A stretch of 64,000 nucleotides of DNA from a phage: the sequence record PZ019084.1, one strand, 5' to 3'. The notes below the pieces were generated by a model. The model did no database searches. It was not told the DNA's origin and saw nothing but the letters and a program-made list of their open reading frames with translations. This document shows, in pieces, positions 34,517 to 45,250 of this stretch. Position 1 is the stretch's first letter. Every line of letters begins with the position of its first letter. A program made the translations under genes and the position numbers.

Positions 34517-34529
34517 TTTATTCTCCTTT

Positions 34530-34575
34530 GTTTGTGTAAGATAATACTATCACAAAGGAACCATACTGTAAACAA
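34530..34575 (-). promoter_or_regulatory. T4-type early promoter (minus strand GTTTAC-N18-TAGTATTAT)
   Basis: Minus-strand sequence TTGTTTACAGTATGGTTCCTTTGTGATAGTATTAT upstream of the 122-aa ORF. Confidence 0.5.
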
Positions 34576-34597
34576 CTTTGTGCAATCTTTGGAAAAT

Positions 34598-34627
34598 AAA
34601 AAAAAAAGGACTCCCGAAGGAGTCCTC
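34598..34627 (-). terminator. intrinsic terminator (GGACUCC-UUCG-GGAGUCC followed by U9 on the minus strand)
   Basis: Perfect 7-bp stem with a poly-U tract immediately 3' of the 58-aa ORF. Confidence 0.75.
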
Positions 34628-34630
34628 AAC

Positions 34631-34807
34631 TTATGCTTTCTGCTTACCAAAACGAGAAGCATCATCTCGAAGAACCGCACGTGCTCGACGCATGATCTTC
34701 TCAACAGTTTGATTGATACGAGAGTTCGACCCACGCTTGTAGCCAGCGCGTTTAGAATCACCAACTTTCTTTTCAACTGCTTTCTTTGCTTTAACTTGTT
34801 TTGCCAT
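34631..34807 (-). CDS. small highly basic protein (58 aa from ATG; track ORF extends to 34849)
   Basis: MAKQVKAKKAVEKKVGDSKRAGYKRGSNSRINQTVEKIMRRARAVLRDDASRFGKQKA; Lys/Arg-rich, followed by a strong terminator. Confidence 0.55.
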   Translation of the reverse strand: MAKQVKAKKAVEKKVGDSKRAGYKRGSNSRINQTVEKIMRRARAVLRDDASRFGKQKA

Positions 34808-34849
34808 TATAAATTCTCTTTTAAATGAAAATGCAGGACTTATTGGCAT

Positions 34850-35200
34850 TGCCTGCGCAAGCCCTCAAGGGGAACATAGGTTTTGGATATTTAACGACAG
34901 GATAACCATAAACCCGTCATCATACCTTATAGCTCTTATCTGTTGCACACCGTTAGCTTAAAGGTTCCGGGTCCGATTTCTCGAGGATAAGATATATACT
35001 GATGGATATATAGGCCTTGAGGCGTACTCCCGATTGGCCATCACCTCGGGGTAGCATGCACTTGCCGCTATAAGAATAACATTCAAGAGGTACACCGTAA
35101 AACTGCCGGGGTCTTAAAACTATAATGATTCGCAAATCATTAATCAGACAGTTCGACGGCTCCTCGTTTTAACTTCACACTAAGGCAGTGACTCTCCAAT
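34850..35200 (-). other. GC-rich ORF-free island with multiple hairpins (candidate structured RNA or cis-acting element)
   Basis: About 50% GC against a window background near 35%; no convincing ORF; several stable helices. Confidence 0.35.
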
Positions 35201-35203
35201 AAA

Positions 35204-35452
35204 TTACTTCAGTGTTACCACAAAGTGACGAACTGCTTTTCGTGCGGCAGAAGCCAAAGGCTTAGCATATTTAAGTTCATCTTTTTCCTGAAGCTCAGCA
35301 GCTAATGCAGTTTGAGCGGGATTCAGATGTTTGAAATAACGCAGGATTTCAAGAGCTTCGGCTTCAACATCAATAGATGCGCCATAGTTTTCGTGACCAT
35401 TATTCCATGCGTTTCGTTGCAGTTCAAGAGCGTGTTGTAATTGTTTAATCAT
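35204..35452 (-). CDS. rIII: rIII lysis-inhibition accessory protein (82 aa)
   Basis: Length and sequence match T4 rIII; position just before gene 31. Confidence 0.85.
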   Translation of the reverse strand: MIKQLQHALELQRNAWNNGHENYGASIDVEAEALEILRYFKHLNPAQTALAAELQEKDELKYAKPLASAARKAVRHFVVTLK

Positions 35453-35599
35453 TTAAAAATTCTCGTTAGAGATTAAAACTCGGTAGTCACGTTCTTCTGA
35501 ATTTCATCTTCTTTCGACAGATCTCTCAGTTGTAGACTACCACGTAGAATTGTTCGGTTAACTTATTATTCCGACACCCAATTCATATTATTATTTATA

Positions 35600-35935
35600 T
35601 CACTTATAAAGACACGGAATAGCTTTATAGTGACAGGTAACAAATTTTTGTTTAATTTCTTTTGGCTGCTTAAGACCCAGAGCTACAAAAGGATGCGGAA
35701 CGTTTCGAATTTGACCAACTGGAAGAGAAGTCAAATCACCAACTTCGCAGAAACCTTCAGGAACATCAGGACCAACAGAGTGAATTACACACAGTTCGGG
35801 AACTTCACCTTGAACACGTTTACCGATAATAAGTCCTGATTCTGTAACTTCTTCATCACCGGCTTGTGCAGGTTCAGAAACTAAAATAACATATTCACCG
35901 ACAGCACGAATTGGTAGCTGTTGTACTTCAGACAT
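35600..35935 (-). CDS. 31: co-chaperonin gp31 (GroES analogue, 111 aa)
   Basis: Length and sequence match T4 gp31. Confidence 0.9.
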   Translation of the reverse strand: MSEVQQLPIRAVGEYVILVSEPAQAGDEEVTESGLIIGKRVQGEVPELCVIHSVGPDVPEGFCEVGDLTSLPVGQIRNVPHPFVALGLKQPKEIKQKFVTCHYKAIPCLYK

Positions 35936-35991
35936 CGTTTTTCCTTTTTGTTAACAGATGAGTTAATAATAACAAATAATTCTTAAAGCAT

Positions 35992-36300
35992 TTATTTACC
36001 AATAAATTGAAGCAAATGCTCAACTTTCATACCATTAACGGAAATCAATTTGTTAATAGAAAAACCTCGCCATGCACCAAGTTCAACATCAAATACTGGA
36101 ATCATATCAGTAGATTCTTTCCGAGTAGATTCAGTCAATTTACCGGTTTGCATGGTTGGCATAAAGTCAGCATCGCGAGTACCTTTCATAGTACGAATAG
36201 TACCATCAGACTTTTCAAAAACCACGTTTGAAATACCCATGGACAATTTAGTTTTCAAAATTTCACGAATTGCTACTTTTTGTTCAGTCGTCAGTTTCAT
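35992..36300 (-). CDS. hypothetical protein (102 aa), positional equivalent of T4 31.1
   Basis: ORF in track. Confidence 0.55.
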   Translation of the reverse strand: MKLTTEQKVAIREILKTKLSMGISNVVFEKSDGTIRTMKGTRDADFMPTMQTGKLTESTRKESTDMIPVFDVELGAWRGFSINKLISVNGMKVEHLLQFIGK

Positions 36301-36537
36301 TTATTTACCTATTACAGTTTTAATATGGGTTGTTCCACGTTCTTTAAGAGTGGAAAGCAATTTTTGGCATTTTTCTAAATCAGATTTCCAACTATATGGT
36401 CTATCAATACAAACCCATTCTGACTTATAATACTGTTTCCATTTAGAGAAAAAATATTTCTTATACTCTACAGCAAATGAAATATTCTCATTAGAATAAG
36501 AACTAATTGCTGTGAGTTGTACCAAACGAAATTTCAT
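36301..36537 (-). CDS. hypothetical protein (78 aa), positional equivalent of T4 31.2
   Basis: ORF in track. Confidence 0.5.
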   Translation of the reverse strand: MKFRLVQLTAISSYSNENISFAVEYKKYFFSKWKQYYKSEWVCIDRPYSWKSDLEKCQKLLSTLKERGTTHIKTVIGK

Positions 36538-37118
36538 TATTCACCACAGAATTCGTTGATATTTTCCCAGTTTAACTTATTCAAGTTTTTCTTAGGAACA
36601 TTAAACACTTCAATACCTGCATTTCGCAGAATATCATCCCAGCCAGGTTTATTCTTATCGTATGTTTCGCAATAAACCAGCTTTTTAATTCCAGATTGAG
36701 CTATGGCTTTTGCACAATCTGGGCAAGGAGAAAGTGTTACATACATAGTAGCACCTTCAATTGAAGAACCGTTTCGCGCAGCAAACAAAATTGCATTTAG
36801 CTCAGCATGAATTTCATTTTTAGACGACCATTCAGAGTGAGCGCCGCGATGTTCTTTCGCCAAAACAAAACGATCAGTTGAACCAAACGATACACATTCG
36901 GGCTTATGACCTTGAATGATAGTATGTTTAGGTTTATTCAACAACCAACCTTGCTCGGCAGCATAATCGCAGCAGTTCACACCACCTGCCGGAGAACCAT
37001 TATATCCGGTAGAAATAATACGTCCATTCTTTTCAATTACTGCTCCTACCTTCCAGGAGCAACATTTGGATTCTTGTGATACTAAATATGCAATTTGAAG
37101 TACTGTACTCGCTTTCAT
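36537..37118 (-). CDS. cd: dCMP deaminase (193 aa)
   Basis: Zinc-dependent deaminase motifs HAE...PCxxC; length and sequence match T4 Cd. Confidence 0.9.
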   Translation of the reverse strand: MKASTVLQIAYLVSQESKCCSWKVGAVIEKNGRIISTGYNGSPAGGVNCCDYAAEQGWLLNKPKHTIIQGHKPECVSFGSTDRFVLAKEHRGAHSEWSSKNEIHAELNAILFAARNGSSIEGATMYVTLSPCPDCAKAIAQSGIKKLVYCETYDKNKPGWDDILRNAGIEVFNVPKKNLNKLNWENINEFCGE

Positions 37119-37453
37119 TTCATAATCACCAGATAAGCAGATTTAGCAGTTTCAACACGATAAATTTCATGACGAAGTTTAGTTATACTTTTAATAACAG
37201 AACTAATTATATTCTGCCCATCTTTAAAGCGGTTTTTCTTATCAATAAAAATTGCACCAACCATCTTTTTGTGAAGCTCAACTGGATACTTCGTCACAAT
37301 AATAGCATCATACACAGAAGGATGAATACTATTCACTAGAGTGTCATTCATTAAAGTTATTCTAATGAACTGTGCTGTGTCAGAGTCAAGCGCTCTATGA
37401 TCGCCAGTATCATTTTCAAGACAATTATCAATTATATCAGTTAAATTCATCAT
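37115..37453 (-). CDS. hypothetical protein (112 aa)
   Basis: ORF in track, cd-pseT small-ORF cluster. Confidence 0.5.
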   Translation of the reverse strand: MMNLTDIIDNCLENDTGDHRALDSDTAQFIRITLMNDTLVNSIHPSVYDAIIVTKYPVELHKKMVGAIFIDKKNRFKDGQNIISSVIKSITKLRHEIYRVETAKSAYLVIMK

Positions 37454-37686
37454 AGTACGCCATACACCCTTTGTGCTTCAACTAATCCATCAAAATCCAA
37501 TTTGAGATGCGTTATTTGGTCACCATCACCTGGATTCACAATTACTAATACTGAACGAGGAGTTTCGGTAATAACGCGAACCGATGTTTCAGGAAATCGT
37601 TCAGAAACCTTATTTACCAATTCCTGAGCAAATAGTTTAACTTTTTCTTGGAATTCTTTAATAGTAATTGGTTTTTCACTTAGCAT
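37450..37686 (-). CDS. hypothetical protein (78 aa)
   Basis: ORF in track. Confidence 0.5.
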   Translation of the reverse strand: MLSEKPITIKEFQEKVKLFAQELVNKVSERFPETSVRVITETPRSVLVIVNPGDGDQITHLKLDFDGLVEAQRVYGVL

Positions 37687-38207
37687 GTTGATCCCAGCTC
37701 CTTACTTTCAACGTTTTTAACTAATTTGACAGAAACTAATTCGGCATCTTGGGTAATCATTACCGGGCCTTCTTTATACTCTTCAAGATATTCTAGAGCT
37801 TTCTTTTTAGCTTCTTCCTTCGTATCAGTTTGAGCATAGATATAAAACATGCAACCAGTAATACCTACTACTTTCCACTTAATTTCTTTATCAGTTTTAA
37901 TTTCAAATTTACTAACAGAATCATCTTTTTGAACTTCTTCGAAAAAAGAATATTCTAACATATAAGCAATTGAAAATAACGGGCTAACTTTATAGGATTC
38001 GCCCATTACATCAACAGCTTTATACCAACAGTCATCAATTTCGCGTTTAATGCTAATAACATTTTTCGCAGGATCTATTTTTACTTTAAATGAATTTTCC
38101 CCAATAAACTGGGCAATTCGTTTATTAGCCCCGCAAGTTTCATTAAAAATATCTTTATATCCAGCTTTAAAGCGATAAACCTTATCTTCTTCAAACCATT
38201 CGCTCAT
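37680..38207 (-). CDS. hypothetical protein (175 aa)
   Basis: ORF in track; early promoter upstream (about 38225-38270). Confidence 0.55.
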   Translation of the reverse strand: MSEWFEEDKVYRFKAGYKDIFNETCGANKRIAQFIGENSFKVKIDPAKNVISIKREIDDCWYKAVDVMGESYKVSPLFSIAYMLEYSFFEEVQKDDSVSKFEIKTDKEIKWKVVGITGCMFYIYAQTDTKEEAKKKALEYLEEYKEGPVMITQDAELVSVKLVKNVESKELGSTC

Positions 38208-38269
38208 TTCAATTTCCTCATTTGTTTTGGTAGAGCTATAATATCACAACTCTACTGTAAAGTAAACTA

Positions 38270-38545
38270 TTAAATTGCTTTGAATTCTGATGTCTGCGAT
38301 TCAAAACTAATATCGCCTTTGATAACTAACTCAGCATCAAGACCGAATACGACAATGATATGCGCGGAACCTGGATACAGCGTAATTGCAATAGAATCCA
38401 CCTGGTCTGGAAGCAAAGTGTTCAATACATGAGTAACTTGAGCATGAATTCGAAGCTCAGCTGCATTATCAAACTTTTCAAACATATTATTAGCGATAAT
38501 TTGGCTAAACACTACTTCTACGATTTTAGAGTAAGTCGGAAACAT
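38270..38545 (-). CDS. hypothetical protein (91 aa)
   Basis: ORF in track. Confidence 0.5.
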   Translation of the reverse strand: MFPTYSKIVEVVFSQIIANNMFEKFDNAAELRIHAQVTHVLNTLLPDQVDSIAITLYPGSAHIIVVFGLDAELVIKGDISFESQTSEFKAI

Positions 38546-38547
38546 AT

Positions 38548-38748
38548 TTACCTCACATAATTTTCTTCAAGCCAATCAATAACATCCAACGCATTATCAA
38601 AAGTTGAACCATCTACTCTGTCTTCTGTTTCATAATCAAGAACATCTAAGCCTACTCTTCCATCAACAATAGGCCATAAACAAAATAGATATTTCTTTTC
38701 TTTTTCAATTTTATCACAAAGTTGATAAATCTTTTCTATGTTATTCAT
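38548..38748 (-). CDS. hypothetical protein (66 aa)
   Basis: ORF in track. Confidence 0.45.
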   Translation of the reverse strand: MNNIEKIYQLCDKIEKEKKYLFCLWPIVDGRVGLDVLDYETEDRVDGSTFDNALDVIDWLEENYVR

Positions 38749-38937
38749 AAGTTTTCCATGGTAAAGGCAGTTTAGTTTTCTTTACTGTTAGTTCAACATC
38801 AGGATTCTTTTCTCTTAATTTAAGACATTCCTCCCAAGCTCTGTATTCACTAGTGAATACACAAAATTGCCCATTACTAGTACCAACTAAACCGCTATTT
38901 ACAATAACAATAGACCAAGTTTCATGATGCCACGCCA

Positions 38938-38938
<1 letters not shown>
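38741..38938 (-). CDS. hypothetical protein (65 aa)
   Basis: ORF in track. Confidence 0.45.
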
Positions 38939-40163
<1,225 letters not shown>

Positions 40164-40166
40164 TTA

Positions 40167-40397
40167 TTATTTCTCAACTAATGATTGAATATAATCATGC
40201 AGGTCTTTAGATGCTTTACCCCACTTATTTTGGTATTCATTTTTAAGATTAGCCCGAGATTGAGCTAATAAAACATCATTAGTTGGAGGTAAAGATTCTA
40301 ATCGTTGAATCTGGCGTCCATAAATCATTGCAGCCATCTCGGATTCATAAATCAATCCTTTGAGATGTTCAAATTGATGCCATGAAATCATTTGCAT
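40167..40397 (-). CDS. hypothetical protein (76 aa)
   Basis: ORF in track. Confidence 0.5.
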   Translation of the reverse strand: MQMISWHQFEHLKGLIYESEMAAMIYGRQIQRLESLPPTNDVLLAQSRANLKNEYQNKWGKASKDLHDYIQSLVEK

Positions 40398-40687
40398 TTA
40401 TCCTCTTTTAACTCTTGGCGATAATAACATATCATAGTTTTCTGATCATGTACATATCGTTTTACATCATTGAGCCAAATACGAAATTCCTGGGAATCTT
40501 CGAATGGCATACCGACCCAAGCTTTACCATCAATAACTTTAACTTGCCAGGATAGTTTAGCTTCATCGTATGACTTTATTTGTACTGGCCAATTAGGATG
40601 AACTGTTTCTTTCTTTACTTCTAGAGGCTTTGTCGAACAACCAACTAGAAGACCAATAGATAATATTACTGCTGATAGTCTAATCAT
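40388..40687 (-). CDS. outer-membrane spanin component (lipoprotein, 99 aa)
   Basis: Signal peptide with lipobox LLVGC; overlaps the upstream coiled-coil membrane protein gene. Confidence 0.7.
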   Translation of the reverse strand: MIRLSAVILSIGLLVGCSTKPLEVKKETVHPNWPVQIKSYDEAKLSWQVKVIDGKAWVGMPFEDSQEFRIWLNDVKRYVHDQKTMICYYRQELKEDKCK

Positions 40688-41037
40688 TTAGAAAGGTCCT
40701 GGATGTCTTCTGCGAACTTGTTGAAGGAGTTGTTGATTTGTTTTTCAACCAATCCTGGCTTATGAGCCACCACATCCGCCTTCTTTGCGTCTTTGCGCAG
40801 TTTTTCATTTTCACGCTCAATAGCAGCAATTGCCTCACGATTTTTATTATTCATCGCATCAATATAATTATATTGAATTTTTAAATCATTTAATGCTAAA
40901 GCGTTTTCATTGGCCGTTTTTGTAATTTCTACAACAGACGTTTCTAATCTTTCAATTTTACTTTTTAAAATTAAAGAAGTTCCGCCCAATGCAATTACAA
41001 TTAATAGCAAGCCTGCTGTCGTATTACTTAATTGCAT
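40684..41037 (-). CDS. inner-membrane spanin component (N-terminal TMD plus coiled coil, 117 aa)
   Basis: Hydrophobic N-terminal segment AGLLLIVIALGG followed by a heptad-rich helical region; paired with the lipoprotein gene. Confidence 0.7.
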   Translation of the reverse strand: MQLSNTTAGLLLIVIALGGTSLILKSKIERLETSVVEITKTANENALALNDLKIQYNYIDAMNNKNREAIAAIERENEKLRKDAKKADVVAHKPGLVEKQINNSFNKFAEDIQDLSK

Positions 41038-41531
41038 AAAGTTTTAATAACCTCTACAATATCGTCTTGAGAAAGACCGTTAATTAAAATATGATGTTCA
41101 GCCGGAGATTTAGAAATTTTAAAGCATGCCTCAACATCTTCTGCCATATCTGATGCGCTACGATTTGGATTACTAATTCCAAGACGATGTTTTCCCGTTA
41201 AAGGATTAACGATGATATAACATTTACAGTTGTTAATATGAACATTAGGTTGAGTCTGATTAATGAACACTTCGCAGTCGTATTTCGCAAGCTGATTTTC
41301 TAAAAAGACTTTCATCTCCTCAACCGCATCAGGAAGCATATCACGGGCTTGCTCAAGACGACGATTTCGATATTCTTTAATGGTCGTTTTCCGCTTTGCT
41401 TTCTTAGCTAAATCTTTCTTAAGATCAGTGATATATCCAACTCGACGATTTCCTTTAAATACAGAAATCCCATCTGTAGTATCACCGTATGCTTCAACGA
41501 CCATCTCAGTAGTAATAAGCTGCAAATCCAT
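41028..41531 (-). CDS. alc: Alc, inhibitor of host transcription on cytosine-containing DNA (167 aa)
   Basis: Length and sequence match T4 Alc; position before rnlA. Confidence 0.85.
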   Translation of the reverse strand: MDLQLITTEMVVEAYGDTTDGISVFKGNRRVGYITDLKKDLAKKAKRKTTIKEYRNRRLEQARDMLPDAVEEMKVFLENQLAKYDCEVFINQTQPNVHINNCKCYIIVNPLTGKHRLGISNPNRSASDMAEDVEACFKISKSPAEHHILINGLSQDDIVEVIKTLCN

Positions 41532-41539
41532 CATAAAGT

Positions 41540-41592
41540 CCTCATGTTATGTCAGTAAGATTACTATAACACAACACGAGGGACTTGTAAAC
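41540..41592 (-). promoter_or_regulatory. T4-type early promoter plus leader for alc; near-identical copy of 25540-25592
   Basis: 53-nt block identical except 1 nt to the promoter at 25540-25592. Confidence 0.6.
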
Positions 41593-41595
41593 AGC

Positions 41596-43183
<1,588 letters not shown>

Positions 43184-43210
43184 AATAAAATGGGCCTTGC
43201 GGCCCACTCC

Positions 43211-44380
43211 TTAAAAATATTTTTTAAAACTCATCATAACTTTATCATCAACATCATTATCAATCTGTGCTACAAGATAAGATGATAGTTCTACTTCTTG
43301 TGGCGCGGATTGAACATTATCAGAATTAAGATATTCACGAATCCAAGGATACGGGTGTTTAACCGGAGCATCGGTAATTGGGCATGGAAGACCGCACTGT
43401 TTCATACGAGATACAGTTAAGTAATCAATAAAGCTCCACATGCTATTTGTATTTAATCCAGGAACATCGCCATCTTTAAATAAATGAACTGCCCAGTCTT
43501 TTTCTTGACGGTTAACTTCCATGAAAATATCAACTGCTTCTTGTTCACACTCTTGGGCAATTTTAACCCATTCATCGCCATCAGTGCCAAGTTGAAGTTG
43601 ACGAATAATATATTGAGTGCCTTTAAGGTGAAGCTGTTCATCACGAGCAATGAACTTCATAATCTTGGCATTACCTTCCATGATTTCCATGTTTTTATGG
43701 AAGTTAAAGGTACATGCGAAAGATACATAAAAACGAATAGCTTCCAATGCGTTGATTACATGAAGGCAAAGATAAAGAGATTTCATTAATGCTCGTTTAG
43801 TACATTCAACAACTTTGCCTAACTCTTCTTTACGAAATCCTTCTGATAAAATTCCTTCATAATCTTCAACCGCATTCTGATATTCACGAGTCTTAACTAG
43901 AACATCATCATAATAGCGACCAATGGACTCGGCACGTTTCATAATAGCTTTATCTAATACAATCTCATCAAACACCTTTGACGGATCAGTATAAAGATTT
44001 CGCATAATATGAGTGTATGAACGACTGTGAATAGTTTCACTAAAAGTCCATGTAGCAACCCATGTATCAAGGCTTGGGTCTGAAATTAATGACATAAGTA
44101 CAGCAGACGGTGCACGACCCTGAATGCTATCCAAAAGTGATTGATACTTCAGGTTATTAGTAAAAATATCTTGCTGATACTGAGGAAGCTTGTTAAATTG
44201 TGCAGCATCCATCATTAAGTTTACTTCTTCAGGACGCCAGAAAAATGACAACTGCTTTTCAGTTAAATCTTCAAAAACTTTATGGCGTTGAATATCATAA
44301 CGCGCAATACCAAGACCTGAACCGAAGAACATAGGTTCTTTTAAAACATCAACTGGATTTGTATTAAAAACTGTAGACAT
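43211..44380 (-). CDS. nrdB: ribonucleotide reductase small subunit NrdB (uninterrupted, 389 aa)
   Basis: Single continuous ORF of the length expected for spliced T4 NrdB; no intron. Confidence 0.9.
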   Translation of the reverse strand: MSTVFNTNPVDVLKEPMFFGSGLGIARYDIQRHKVFEDLTEKQLSFFWRPEEVNLMMDAAQFNKLPQYQQDIFTNNLKYQSLLDSIQGRAPSAVLMSLISDPSLDTWVATWTFSETIHSRSYTHIMRNLYTDPSKVFDEIVLDKAIMKRAESIGRYYDDVLVKTREYQNAVEDYEGILSEGFRKEELGKVVECTKRALMKSLYLCLHVINALEAIRFYVSFACTFNFHKNMEIMEGNAKIMKFIARDEQLHLKGTQYIIRQLQLGTDGDEWVKIAQECEQEAVDIFMEVNRQEKDWAVHLFKDGDVPGLNTNSMWSFIDYLTVSRMKQCGLPCPITDAPVKHPYPWIREYLNSDNVQSAPQEVELSSYLVAQIDNDVDDKVMMSFKKYF

Positions 44381-44414
44381 ATTATTCTCGCTTATTATAG
44401 GTTTAAATATTTAA

Positions 44415-45206
44415 TCACATATTATGTATAAGCACTTCAGTCTGAAATGATGCACCTTTCTTTTGCTTCCTGTACATGGTTTCAAAATATTCGATTTTGA
44501 AATTATTAGAAAGGGCCCAATCTTTTAGAATATAATTATTAATATCGTCTGATAGATTATTAGTGATAATAAATTTAGACTTTGAGCGTTTAATTTTATC
44601 TAATAATTCTAATTCATCCTTTTCTTCCCATCCTGAATATTTAAATTTAGTAGAAAGATATGGCGGGTCAATGAATAAATTTTTGTTTTCAAAATCTAAA
44701 TCTTTGAATGATTTATTACTAAATGTAAATCGGTGCTGTCTATTTTTAAATTCAGAAAATTTATCCTGTTGAGACTTATTAAAAGAAGTTCTAGAATACT
44801 TGGCTCTATTGGCGAAAGCCGCATTATAGTTACCATTACTAGAAAATCGGATTAACGAACTGAATGAAAATAAATGTAAAACATAAAGATATAGTCCATT
44901 TTTGGTTTTATCATACTCTTTTGACAGATTATAAAAGGGTGCTGAATCTTTGTCATTCAAATTGAAGTCTTCAATAATTTGAACTATATCATTGATTGAA
45001 GATACTTTCATCTTTTTATACATGTCTATAAGAGGAGTGTTAATATCATTACATATAACATCTCTCTGGCAATTCATAGAAAATCCAAGACCGCCACAAA
45101 AAGCATCCAAAACAGGCTTATCGTCAAAGCGGTTTGAAAATTGTCTAATAAATGGCATATACTTGTGCTTTGCACCCGGATATGTTATTGCAGGTAGGTC
45201 TTTCAT
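44415..45206 (-). CDS. Dam-like N6-adenine DNA methyltransferase (263 aa)
   Basis: Motif order Y-x-G-x-K (ITYPGAKHKY), SAM-binding DAFCGGLGF, catalytic DPPY (LFIDPPYL); AT-rich coding sequence. Confidence 0.75.
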   Translation of the reverse strand: MKDLPAITYPGAKHKYMPFIRQFSNRFDDKPVLDAFCGGLGFSMNCQRDVICNDINTPLIDMYKKMKVSSINDIVQIIEDFNLNDKDSAPFYNLSKEYDKTKNGLYLYVLHLFSFSSLIRFSSNGNYNAAFANRAKYSRTSFNKSQQDKFSEFKNRQHRFTFSNKSFKDLDFENKNLFIDPPYLSTKFKYSGWEEKDELELLDKIKRSKSKFIITNNLSDDINNYILKDWALSNNFKIEYFETMYRKQKKGASFQTEVLIHNM

Positions 45207-45250
45207 GTTATTTCTCGTTTGTTAGTGACTCGTCCGTGAGTCAAATTATA

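Noticed and set aside
34953-35135. 60-aa ORF inside the GC-rich island
   Set aside because: Begins at TTG without a Shine-Dalgarno, GC-biased codon usage unlike all neighbouring genes, low-complexity product; more likely non-coding.
34850-35200. Possible tRNA or tmRNA in the GC-rich island
   Set aside because: I could not build a cloverleaf: the GTTCGA-like strings lack a complementary T-stem and no acceptor/anticodon arrangement fits.
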